NCBI GenBank assembly: GCA_030765235.1
Contig: JAVCCW010000001.1
Coordinates: 35,172-99,171, forward strand
Length of the DNA: 64,000 nucleotides
Reading direction: 5' to 3'
DNA from: Candidatus Gorgyraea atricola
Lineage (GTDB): Bacteria; Omnitrophota; Gorgyraeia; Gorgyraeales; Gorgyraeaceae
In this document: one piece after another, positions 37,294 to 46,266 of the stretch
How the letters are laid out: each line of letters opens with the position of its first letter
Position numbering within the stretch: the stretch's first letter is position 1
The notes under the pieces: model-generated
Database searches by the model: none
What the model saw: only the letters and a program-made list of their open reading frames with translations
What the model was told of the DNA's origin: nothing
Translations under genes and position numbers: made by a program

Positions 37294-37907
37294 AACTTAA
37301 ACTCCTTTAGTAATCTTTCAAACGCCCCATTCCCATCAAATACAATTCCCTTTATGCCAAGCTTTGCTGCCGCATCAACTAAATCCTTTCTATCGTCGAT
37401 ATAAAACGCCTTTGATGCCTCTATTTTGGCAAAATCTAGGGCAGTCTTATAAATCTCAGGTGCTGGTTTTCTATAACCCACCTCGTAAGAAAGTATCAGT
37501 TTATCAAACTCGTTAAAAATCGGCATCTTGGGTTTAAGAAACTCGAAATGCGACTCATTTAGATTCGACATCATGATGAGCTTATATTGTGCTTTTACGC
37601 TCCTTAAAAACTCATGCATTTTCTTATTAAGCTCTACCTCAAAAAATATATCCTGCCATATCGGCATAAACTCATCTTGTCCTATGCTTAACTCAAGCGT
37701 ATCCTTAACCCTACGAAAAAACTCATCCGTAGAAATCTTACCTTCTTCATAAGCCTCAGTCAGGCCTGAATCAAAGAAAAGATCATAGATCTCCTCTTCC
37801 CCCTTAGGCGTACACTCCAAAATCTTCCTCACAGCAATCCTGTGATCAAAATTCACCAGCACATTCCCAAGATCACAGATTATAGCACTGTATTTATTAT
37901 TCTTCAT
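37290..37907 (-). CDS. HAD-superfamily hydrolase
   Basis: Motif I-like start. YIDDRKDLVDAAAKLGIKGIVFDG is a HAD C-terminal motif. Confidence 0.65.
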   Translation of the reverse strand: MKNNKYSAIICDLGNVLVNFDHRIAVRKILECTPKGEEEIYDLFFDSGLTEAYEEGKISTDEFFRRVKDTLELSIGQDEFMPIWQDIFFEVELNKKMHEFLRSVKAQYKLIMMSNLNESHFEFLKPKMPIFNEFDKLILSYEVGYRKPAPEIYKTALDFAKIEASKAFYIDDRKDLVDAAAKLGIKGIVFDGNGAFERLLKEFKL

Positions 37908-37951
37908 AGGTAATTAGTATAAACAGTTTAGTCCTTATAATCAAGAAACTT

Positions 37952-37988
37952 TACATTTAAAGCAAGACCTCAAATGTAAAGTTATTTT
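37952..37988 (-). terminator. hairpin downstream of the paralog array (12-bp stem), candidate terminator
   Basis: aactttacattt-N13-aaatgtaaagtt. Only a weak U-run follows. Confidence 0.4.
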
Positions 37989-37990
37989 AT

Positions 37991-38102
37991 CACATCCAGG
38001 ACCTCCCCCGTACCACTTCGGGTACGGGGCATGCTGGCGGGCATCGAGCCTATTAACCGTGGCGAAAACAGGCCCAAGCCGCCAGTAGGATCCGTGGATT
38101 TA
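37991..38102. repeat. conserved 3'-flank element, copy 1, immediately after the stop of paralog 1. It contains an extra 9-bp-stem hairpin.
   Basis: ...gcgggcatcgagcctattaaccgtggcgaaaacaggcccaagccgccagtaggatccgtggatttatt. Alignment by eye gives about 63/68 identity with the 39964-40053 core. Copy 1 also has ccccgtacc-acttcg-ggtacgggg. Confidence 0.8.
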
Positions 38103-39950
38103 TTAAATATCCGTTAATCTCTTGCGTTTTCTTAAAAAACTAGATTCACTATAACCTAATTTTTGTTCTGCCTTTTTAATATTACCTCTTGTTTCAGCTA
38201 ATGTATTTTTTATCAGTTCGTTTTCTTTCCCTTCAAAATAATCTTTGATATCCTTCTCTCCTTTTAAAAATCTCCACAATGGGCCTTCGTTAAGATTCGT
38301 CAATTTAGATAGCTTTTTGGAGTTACCTCCTGACTTATCGATTAATGATTTCCATTTTTTTATTTTTCTTTTCTTTATCTCTTGTTGTAACTCGAGTCTT
38401 TTTATCTTGCGCCTAAATGTAACCAAGTCAAGATTCATTAATTTAGCCGTCCTCCCGTACATATATAACCCTTCGTCAAGTTTTTTAAGCAAACTATCTA
38501 TTTCGATACGCTTTTGATTAACTGTGATCAGTGGCCATATATTATTTCTCTTAATAATCTCATAAAAACCCGATTTCTCAAACCCAGACAATTCTATTGC
38601 TTTTAATGGCTCCCATTCTGCCTTTCTCAACCAATAAATCGCAGCTGCCTTCTTCCCAAACAATGCCTTTGCCTCTATTGCGTTCTCAAGGAGCTCTGCA
38701 TGCCAAACCGCCTTATCATCAGTGGCTTGAAAGATGTGCTGCTTTATATCATCTAAATATTGATCCATATAATCATTGTAACTATAGGCGAATAATGTTC
38801 TCAATGTGTATATATTTTTGATCTTACCCCCTGGTTTTGTGTTTGTATAGTCGAGTTCTTTGATAAGCCTGCCCACTAGCTCCTCTTCTGATAACGTGTC
38901 TATATTATTGATGTTTAATAATGCGCTTTCTTTCTTAAACACATCTATTTTATTTTGATTTGCAACCAAACCACCCCGCAGGATTGACAGCTTAGTATCC
39001 ATTTGATCTATTATGTCACTAAAAATAACTGGCCTCTCCTTGCAATACCAATTCTTTCTAAGCCATTTACAGAATAACAACCAATCATAATCCTTGTTTC
39101 TTGCCGATTTTTTTATAAAGAGATCTTTTATTTTCTTATGGGTCTGTGTCATCATTTTAAACTCTGAAAAGCGCTGTTTAATTCTGCTGGTTATAAAAAT
39201 GCCCTTTATGGGTAAGTCTAATCCTGATAATAGACGTCCTTTCTTTGTCAAACAATACCTGTGGGGCCATGCTCCGGCAGACTTAGCTTCACCTGTCCGT
39301 TCCATATAAAAAACTTCTGCAACATAGCCAAGCTTTTTGGCTTCTTGAATAGAGCGAAATACTGTAAGCTTATCTATGTCGTTTTCTGTGATCTCTTTGT
39401 ACGACTCTACGATATCAAGAATACTAAAACTGCCAGAACCTTTTAAAGCGCATGTCTTTAATACATTCAAGCTCTTTAAGGGTTTAACTTTTCTATTGCC
39501 TACGAGAAGATCTATATCTAGATTATTTTTAGAAAATAGGCTTGTTATTTCTTTTGCATCATCGCTTAATTTATAAAAACCATATCCTACTTTTACAAGA
39601 TAGCCATCTCGATATAATCTGTTTATGTGATTATGGGCTTTTGTGTCATTCAATTTTGTTCCTGTAATATTTCCATTGCATACCATCCTATATGTCCTTC
39701 TTGAAAAAGGTTTATCAAGAAAATTAACATCAGCAAGTATCTTTATAGCTACTATATTCGATTTTACAAGTCTTAAGCCTTTTTGAAGCACCAGGCTATT
39801 GTCAGAGACTACAACATCTAGCTTCTGACACAATTCACTCCCCCTGCCGCCAAGGCCCAGGGGATTCCTCAGAGTAGACGCATACACTATCTGCTGCGCT
39901 AAGAAAATACTAAGTATCAATATTGAAATTATCTTTTTTGCCTTCTCCAT
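38103..39950 (-). CDS. paralog 1 of the signal-peptide/HTH family (615 aa). It has a C-terminal Fis-type HTH.
   Basis: Signal peptide KKIISILILSIFLAQQIVYASTLRNPLGLGG. The C-terminus NTLAETRGNIKKAEQKLGYSESSFLRKRKRL has the Fis/NtrC HTH_8 pattern. Confidence 0.7.
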   Translation of the reverse strand: MEKAKKIISILILSIFLAQQIVYASTLRNPLGLGGRGSELCQKLDVVVSDNSLVLQKGLRLVKSNIVAIKILADVNFLDKPFSRRTYRMVCNGNITGTKLNDTKAHNHINRLYRDGYLVKVGYGFYKLSDDAKEITSLFSKNNLDIDLLVGNRKVKPLKSLNVLKTCALKGSGSFSILDIVESYKEITENDIDKLTVFRSIQEAKKLGYVAEVFYMERTGEAKSAGAWPHRYCLTKKGRLLSGLDLPIKGIFITSRIKQRFSEFKMMTQTHKKIKDLFIKKSARNKDYDWLLFCKWLRKNWYCKERPVIFSDIIDQMDTKLSILRGGLVANQNKIDVFKKESALLNINNIDTLSEEELVGRLIKELDYTNTKPGGKIKNIYTLRTLFAYSYNDYMDQYLDDIKQHIFQATDDKAVWHAELLENAIEAKALFGKKAAAIYWLRKAEWEPLKAIELSGFEKSGFYEIIKRNNIWPLITVNQKRIEIDSLLKKLDEGLYMYGRTAKLMNLDLVTFRRKIKRLELQQEIKKRKIKKWKSLIDKSGGNSKKLSKLTNLNEGPLWRFLKGEKDIKDYFEGKENELIKNTLAETRGNIKKAEQKLGYSESSFLRKRKRLTDI

Positions 39951-39963
39951 AATCTATCCTAAA

Positions 39964-40053
39964 TCCAGGACCTCCTAGCGGGCATTGAGCCCATTAACCG
40001 TGGCGAAAACAGGTCCAAGCCGCCAGTAGGTGCCGTGGATTTATTGTCTTCTG
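39964..40053. repeat. conserved 3'-flank element, copy 2, immediately after the stop of paralog 2
   Basis: ccaggacctcctagcgggcattgagcccattaaccgtggcgaaaacaggtccaagccgccagtaggtgccgtggatttatt. Confidence 0.8.
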
Positions 40054-42648
40054 CTACAAACACTTCCTTGTCAAATTATAATCTCTTAATCTTTTATCAA
40101 AATATGAAAGCTTTAGCCCTGACATGAGCCAAGCCTCTTTTTGCATATCTACCGAGAGTACCAAAGACCTCAACCACTCCTCCTCTAATTGTTCAAAATA
40201 AGACAATAACTTATGTTCTCGCAGTACAGTCCTTAAGTTAATTACACCTTTTTCAGAATAACCTGCCAAACTAGCTGTTTTTATAATGTTGCCTCCTCCT
40301 TTCTCAATGCATTTCTGGAGAAAAAGGGTCTTTAGGTTATATTTACGCAATTTATATTTCGAAGTTGAAAGTGAAATTTTCTTATCGCCATCCTTTATAG
40401 CAAGAATTAATTTCTCCTTTTCTTCTTCTTCGCCCTTTTTCTTTCTTTCTTTAGCTTCTTTATCAAGCTTGTCACGAATATCATACTTGACTAACAATTT
40501 TCTTACAGTACGTCTAGCAAGATGCATTGCTATGGCTGTCTTAGTAACGTTACATCCGCTACTACGATATTCGCGGATCAATTTTGTCCTATACAACTCA
40601 TCCTTATTATCTTTGATTAGTTGATTCAATTTATGCCTTTTTATGCGCATATGCAAAGTTCGTAGTGGGATACCTGATAAATCGGCTGCCTTCCTTATAT
40701 GCCAATCTGTCTGAGCTAAATAATAGAGAATGGCTTCTCTTTCAAACGATTCATCAAAAGATATGTTCCCTTCTATAAACAACCTGAGTAGTTTTGCATA
40801 CCATTGTAATTTAGATATATTCTGACTCTCAAATTTAACAATATCTTTTAAATATCTCTTCATATGACTCTCTGAAGCATGATGCAAAAGCGCCTTTATT
40901 AAATCTATATGCAGCTTCACTCTCTTCGGACTTGTATTCAAAAGCTCTAGCCTGCTCATAAGTCTTGTGGTTATCTTTTCTTTCGAAAGCTTTTTTATTG
41001 TCTGATCATTCAAGTTTAATAATATGCTTTCTTCTGTAAAAGGGTTTTTTAACATTGTCTTGTTTTTCAAATTTTTATCTATTCTGGCAAGGATGCTGCC
41101 ATGGGTGCCCATTCTTTCTGCCATCCATCTGCAAAACGCTATCCAGTCTACATTATTCTCTTGGTTACTTATTTTTAAAAGTTCTTCCATTTTTACAAAA
41201 ACAAGCTGAGTAATTTCTTTTTTTATTTCTTCTTTATCCCTATTGATATTCGTAATTTCACTATTTCCTTTGGGCGGTTCTTTAATATGTAATTTTTGCT
41301 TTATCTCGCTAAAAATTTTGATCTCGACACCATCCATATTTTCTACATCCTCTAGATATTCTAAGATACCTTTTAATTCACGTGTCTTTGTCTTTTCCAT
41401 TTCAGCTTTAAAGGTCCTATTGTATGCTTCCAAAAATCCCTCTTTGCAATAAAACCTTAATATCAGATATAAGATGGTGTACAGTTTCTTTGCATCTTCT
41501 GCCATACTAGTTAATGTACTATTTTTCTTTATTCCTATGATACTACCAAGGGCTACATATGCCTCTAAAAGCCTCTCTTTTGATCTCATCAAATCTCCAG
41601 TAGAATAGTTACTTAAAACATCCTTTAAGTAACTGCACTTTTCTTTAACCCTTTTGTCCAATGAATACTTTAGCCCGTCATAACCAAAATGTCTCTCGGA
41701 AATAATCTCGAGCTTATCTACTAGTAGATATAAAGCCTGTTTTAGCTCTTCTCGTCTTCCTGACGCTATGCTGCCGTTGGATTTTCCAAAAATACCTTCA
41801 CATATTTCACTAAAGCCAAGCCATTTTTCATTTTTATGCAGCAAGTCCAAAACTTGTATTAAATAGCTATCTTGATCTTTGTCCTGCACTAGATAGTCAT
41901 CTTGGCCATTAAACACTCTATCGATAATATGCCTATGCTGTTCCAGCTTCTCAAAATCTAAAATCCCCCTCAATGGAAGTTTTGCCTCAGTTAGTTTTAT
42001 CAGCTCTGGTGAACATCGATAAAGTCCATGCTCGATTCTTATTATATGTCCCACGTCTTTAGCCTGTTGTAAAAAACTCTTCAATCTAGTCTCATTTTTA
42101 AATGCATAATCCCCATCTATACGACTGCATATGTCAAATACCTGTTTTCGACTAAAGCTTCTCTCTTTTTCTCCTATAAGAGTAAACAATTTAACTGTAT
42201 TTAGATAATCTACATTCAATAAAAGCCTAAAAAAAGTATTGGAATTTTGATGGGCGATTATCAATTGTTTCGCAGGTTCAGTTACTATATACTTTTTGCT
42301 TGGCAATGCCACAAGGATACCGACTTCAATGCCATGTTTTAAGTAATGTTTGTGGTTTGGGTCATTATGACGAGCATCATTATAATTGTCCCTATAAAAT
42401 AGATTAAGAGCCTTTTCGAATTCATCCTCAGAAAATTCCCCATTAGTCATATTTGCTGATGCAATAACTTTTAAGAGATGCACTGCTATCCTATCATCAT
42501 AAGCAGAGAGCTCCAAATATACCTTTCCAAATCTATCAGATCCCCCACAAAGCGGATTGCGCAGACTCTGTGCATAGATTGGCTGGTGGGTTAAGATAGC
42601 TATTAATATTAAGATTGAGATGAGTTTTTTTGATGTTTGCATATACAT
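40054..42648 (-). CDS. paralog 2 of the signal-peptide/HTH family (864 aa). It has three C-terminal Fis-type HTH-like motifs.
   Basis: The N-terminus KKLISILILIAILTHQPIYAQSLRNPLCGGS is near-identical at the DNA level to paralog 4. The HTH motifs are around GIPLRTLHMRIKRH, VTKTAIAMHLARRTVRKLL and GGNIIKTASLAGYSEKGVINLRTVL. Confidence 0.7.
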   Translation of the reverse strand: MYMQTSKKLISILILIAILTHQPIYAQSLRNPLCGGSDRFGKVYLELSAYDDRIAVHLLKVIASANMTNGEFSEDEFEKALNLFYRDNYNDARHNDPNHKHYLKHGIEVGILVALPSKKYIVTEPAKQLIIAHQNSNTFFRLLLNVDYLNTVKLFTLIGEKERSFSRKQVFDICSRIDGDYAFKNETRLKSFLQQAKDVGHIIRIEHGLYRCSPELIKLTEAKLPLRGILDFEKLEQHRHIIDRVFNGQDDYLVQDKDQDSYLIQVLDLLHKNEKWLGFSEICEGIFGKSNGSIASGRREELKQALYLLVDKLEIISERHFGYDGLKYSLDKRVKEKCSYLKDVLSNYSTGDLMRSKERLLEAYVALGSIIGIKKNSTLTSMAEDAKKLYTILYLILRFYCKEGFLEAYNRTFKAEMEKTKTRELKGILEYLEDVENMDGVEIKIFSEIKQKLHIKEPPKGNSEITNINRDKEEIKKEITQLVFVKMEELLKISNQENNVDWIAFCRWMAERMGTHGSILARIDKNLKNKTMLKNPFTEESILLNLNDQTIKKLSKEKITTRLMSRLELLNTSPKRVKLHIDLIKALLHHASESHMKRYLKDIVKFESQNISKLQWYAKLLRLFIEGNISFDESFEREAILYYLAQTDWHIRKAADLSGIPLRTLHMRIKRHKLNQLIKDNKDELYRTKLIREYRSSGCNVTKTAIAMHLARRTVRKLLVKYDIRDKLDKEAKERKKKGEEEEKEKLILAIKDGDKKISLSTSKYKLRKYNLKTLFLQKCIEKGGGNIIKTASLAGYSEKGVINLRTVLREHKLLSYFEQLEEEWLRSLVLSVDMQKEAWLMSGLKLSYFDKRLRDYNLTRKCL

Positions 42649-42652
42649 ATCT

Positions 42653-45600
42653 CTATGGGCATACCTCTAGATAAACTCTGGATTTTTTCTGCTCGCCTAA
42701 GTCAAATTTTTCAATCTCTTCAAGGAGCATCTCTTCCATTATTTCATTCATTATTTCAAACTTTTCTTCTTTTGTTGATGGAGCTAAAAGGCGGATGTCT
42801 CTTTTTTGGCGCCTGTCCATCTCTTTTGAGAGCTGTGTTCTTGCTTTGTCAAATTCCTTTTGTATATAGTCTACTGGATTATCAACACTTGTGCGCAGGT
42901 GTAGAATCCATGCCAATGTCTCTAATGTATCATCTAGCTCTTCTTCTTTAAGAGGGTCTTGACTCCACAGTGCCCATAGGATAATCTTTCTTTGTGTTGA
43001 AAGCTGGTCAAATATTCTGCCAAAACGCTTGCCCCAGTAACAGGCTTGGTTTAGCCAAGAGTTAAAGAGATTAATCCTTCCTATTATCTTTCTTTCCAGT
43101 TTTTCTTTTTGAGCCTTTGCCGTTCTTCTGATAGAGGTATTAAGCAGCTCTAATCCCTCTCCATGGCCTTTGGTCTTTTTGCCACGCAGCTTCTCTGTCA
43201 AGGGTAAAGCAGGGTCGATTATATAATCATCTTCTTCATCAGTCATAACTACTGCGCCTTTTAGCATTGGCTCGTAGTTTATTTTCCATGTTTTTTTTAT
43301 ATTAAGTTCAGCCTTAAGGTATTCTCTAAAACTTTGGTCTTGGTCATAGACAAATCCTCTATATGATAATGTATTATAATATTTAGTAAATTCCTGGTAT
43401 TCTCCAATCCATTCTCCTATAATTCCATATAGTTTGAAAATACCGTCATTTAAGAGATCACTGAAATACCTGTCTCCCCAATAGCCATCTGGGTCTGAAA
43501 CCCAGGTGTATTTTTTAACCTCTTCTATGATTAGCCAGAAGTGTGCTTCTGCAAACTCATCCCTGGCCTCTATATCGCCTTTTATGATTCTTTCTATTAG
43601 ACGAGCTTCTTTTTCAATGTCTAAGCCCTTCTTTGGCTTCTTGTAATCATCTAGGATGTACTTTAGGGGAGACTCTGTGCTGGATACCATTGTCTTTTTA
43701 CGCTTTAGATAATTTTTCTCTTCTTCTGCAGCATTTATCCCATCTTCTATGCGTTCTCTAAGAATTGGGTATTCTCCTTCTGTAAGCTCTAAGAGCACCT
43801 GTGCCTTCTTAAAAGAGCTTAATGCTGATCTAGGAAGCTGGCTTATGTCTAACTTGATCTCTGCTTTTTCTAATAACTCTTGTATTTTTTCAACAATAGC
43901 TAGCTCTAGAGCATATTTAAGATCCTGAGCGTCTTTAATGATAGTCTCATCTATGTGTTCTCCAAACTCTAACTGTTCAAAAACATTATTGATAGCTCGC
44001 TGCGCCGATCTGTACGAACCTTTTTGCAGATTAAACTGTGCTTTATCAAGATATTCTTCTGGGGTAAGAATCCTATATCTCCTGGCCATCTGAATCTGAC
44101 TTAATTTGTAGTTTGTCTCTTTCAATACCTTTGAAATCTGAAAGAATAGCTCCATATCCATAGGTGAAGCCCAATATTTTTTGGCCCACTTTAATCTCCG
44201 TGCAGCATCTGATAGCGCACCCTTCTTCATATACTGCATGCCCTTATTAAATAAGGACTGCACGATCTCTTCTTGTCGCTCAAAATCGAATTCGATTTTT
44301 TCCACAAACTGCTCCAGTATATCCCCCTGCATATCTATAATAACCGGCAAACCATATTTATCCAGAAGTGGTCGATTCTTTTTATCCTCTACAAGCCTTA
44401 GAAGTTTTGCCTCGCCATCAATAACTAAAACATCAATCCTTGCCCCAGCTAAGCCAGGCAAATGACATTTTAAATCTATAATGTTCCAATATAATATCTC
44501 ACTTTCTGGAACAGGTAAATCTATAATAAGACACGATTTTAGCCCTCTCGGTTTATTAATGCTCTTAGAGGCTTTGCTACCATCAAACATACAGACAAAA
44601 CCTCCTTCTTTAAAGGCGTTGATAAAATTTCCTTTTTCAAAAGCAGTCTTTGCTTCTTTAGCCAGTTTAAACATTGCTGATAGTCTTTTTTTAGCCATCA
44701 CCTCGCCATGTTCATCCAATACCTCTGCCTCTTTAACAATCGATTTCCCATTAAAATGTTGAATCTCAGTAACTCTTGCTTCTTTGTCGGCACACTTGAG
44801 GCCAAACTCCACACGTCTCTTCCCTGCTAAGAATAGATTTCCAGAGCTATTTAGCTTTAGACCTTCTATCCCATGCTCTACGTTGAGTTGATTAAACTTT
44901 TCTTTCCCAAGATAGTAAAAACCAAAGACCGTCTCTCGAATCTCTTTGTTCCTAACTCTACCAAGAGGAGAAGAAAACTCAGACTCCAGAGAAAAGACCT
45001 TATGAAACAATGTGTCAGGATAGTAGGTTATAAGCTCGCATCGTTCATCTGGATTTGTTAATAATCTAAAACGTCCTGTCGCTGTTACTGCAAACTGTAT
45101 GCCCCCATTACTCAATCCGCTATTTATTAGAACTACGATCTTTTTATACTTAGGATCAGTGCAATATTTTTGAAACTCCTTGCTATCAATTGCCCCTCTG
45201 TGGACACGTATAACGCTACGCTTGCCTTTCTCGTCAATGCCAATGATAGGCAAAAACTCCTCTGCAGCTATTGTTAGTCCGTCTTTTTTAAACAAAATCA
45301 TTCGCGGGATGCCGTCTTCCCATTCTACCTCGTACTCCTGGTGTGCATACTTGTCTGGATTAAACAAAAAACCATACTCTTCTAGTTTAAGAGCGGGGGA
45401 TCCTTTAAATCTACCGCGCAACACAACATGCCCTTGTTCTTTTAGATATTGGATCTTGCCCTTATGGCCCCGTGGCAATTCTTCGAAATCAACATAGTTA
45501 ACCTGTCCACCAAAGGCATGCTGGAGTTTAAGGTTCCAGAGATGTGCTTTTAATGCGCTATGCTCTTCTCCTAACCCGCCCTTATCTTTTGCCCTTAATA

Positions 45601-46240
45601 ACTTATTCAAGGCAATGCGCTTACGTTTGTCATTAAGAAACTTAAACACAACATCTTGTTTCCATAGGTCACTTACGTCCTCTATCTGCAATCGCTCTAG
45701 TAGGCGCTGTACAGGTAGACGTTTCTTCACAGTCTCTACGACACCAGCCAGATTAGTAAGTGCGCCATCGCGATTAAAGTCTGAAAATAGCTCAGGGTTT
45801 GTTTCAATAATAGAATAGCCTTGTTTTAAAAGTTCATTGTCAGGTTCTACGTCTCTAAGTTTATGCTCAAATATCAAACTCCAGATATCATTGACTAGGA
45901 TATTATCATCTGTGTATTTCCCATTGTTTGGGTCTAAGCTTAAATAACTATTTTTTAAAGAGCTTAATGTCTTGTTTTTTATAGAGTTATACCAGCTAGG
46001 GTCATGATATCTATTCACCTCAATCCATGCCTTGGATATTTCACGTACTAAATTAGGTTTCGCTTGAAGGTTTTTTAGTCCAATATATATTGCCTGATAA
46101 AGTAGACCTTTTTTTAATATCTTCCTGCCTTTTTCATTGCTTGCTAAAAGACGAGACCTAAGACCCTGCGCATAGATTGGCTGGTGGGTTAAGATAACTA
46201 TTAATATTAGAGTTGAGATGAGTTTTTTTGTGTTTTGCAT
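42653..46240 (-). CDS. paralog 3 of the signal-peptide family (1195 aa). It has a possible sigma-70 region-2-like segment.
   Basis: N-terminus KKLISTLILIVILTHQPIYAQGLRSRL. FSDLLNDGIFKLYG resembles the ECF sigma region 2.2 DLxQExF motif, but this is weak. Confidence 0.65.
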   Translation of the reverse strand: MQNTKKLISTLILIVILTHQPIYAQGLRSRLLASNEKGRKILKKGLLYQAIYIGLKNLQAKPNLVREISKAWIEVNRYHDPSWYNSIKNKTLSSLKNSYLSLDPNNGKYTDDNILVNDIWSLIFEHKLRDVEPDNELLKQGYSIIETNPELFSDFNRDGALTNLAGVVETVKKRLPVQRLLERLQIEDVSDLWKQDVVFKFLNDKRKRIALNKLLRAKDKGGLGEEHSALKAHLWNLKLQHAFGGQVNYVDFEELPRGHKGKIQYLKEQGHVVLRGRFKGSPALKLEEYGFLFNPDKYAHQEYEVEWEDGIPRMILFKKDGLTIAAEEFLPIIGIDEKGKRSVIRVHRGAIDSKEFQKYCTDPKYKKIVVLINSGLSNGGIQFAVTATGRFRLLTNPDERCELITYYPDTLFHKVFSLESEFSSPLGRVRNKEIRETVFGFYYLGKEKFNQLNVEHGIEGLKLNSSGNLFLAGKRRVEFGLKCADKEARVTEIQHFNGKSIVKEAEVLDEHGEVMAKKRLSAMFKLAKEAKTAFEKGNFINAFKEGGFVCMFDGSKASKSINKPRGLKSCLIIDLPVPESEILYWNIIDLKCHLPGLAGARIDVLVIDGEAKLLRLVEDKKNRPLLDKYGLPVIIDMQGDILEQFVEKIEFDFERQEEIVQSLFNKGMQYMKKGALSDAARRLKWAKKYWASPMDMELFFQISKVLKETNYKLSQIQMARRYRILTPEEYLDKAQFNLQKGSYRSAQRAINNVFEQLEFGEHIDETIIKDAQDLKYALELAIVEKIQELLEKAEIKLDISQLPRSALSSFKKAQVLLELTEGEYPILRERIEDGINAAEEEKNYLKRKKTMVSSTESPLKYILDDYKKPKKGLDIEKEARLIERIIKGDIEARDEFAEAHFWLIIEEVKKYTWVSDPDGYWGDRYFSDLLNDGIFKLYGIIGEWIGEYQEFTKYYNTLSYRGFVYDQDQSFREYLKAELNIKKTWKINYEPMLKGAVVMTDEEDDYIIDPALPLTEKLRGKKTKGHGEGLELLNTSIRRTAKAQKEKLERKIIGRINLFNSWLNQACYWGKRFGRIFDQLSTQRKIILWALWSQDPLKEEELDDTLETLAWILHLRTSVDNPVDYIQKEFDKARTQLSKEMDRRQKRDIRLLAPSTKEEKFEIMNEIMEEMLLEEIEKFDLGEQKKSRVYLEVCP

Positions 46241-46266
46241 AAGCTTATATTCAGGCCCGAGGCATC

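Noticed and set aside
37930-38100. Riboswitch or tRNA-like structured RNA downstream of the paralog array
   Set aside because: No known riboswitch consensus was recognised. It is reported only as a conserved repeat element and a hairpin.
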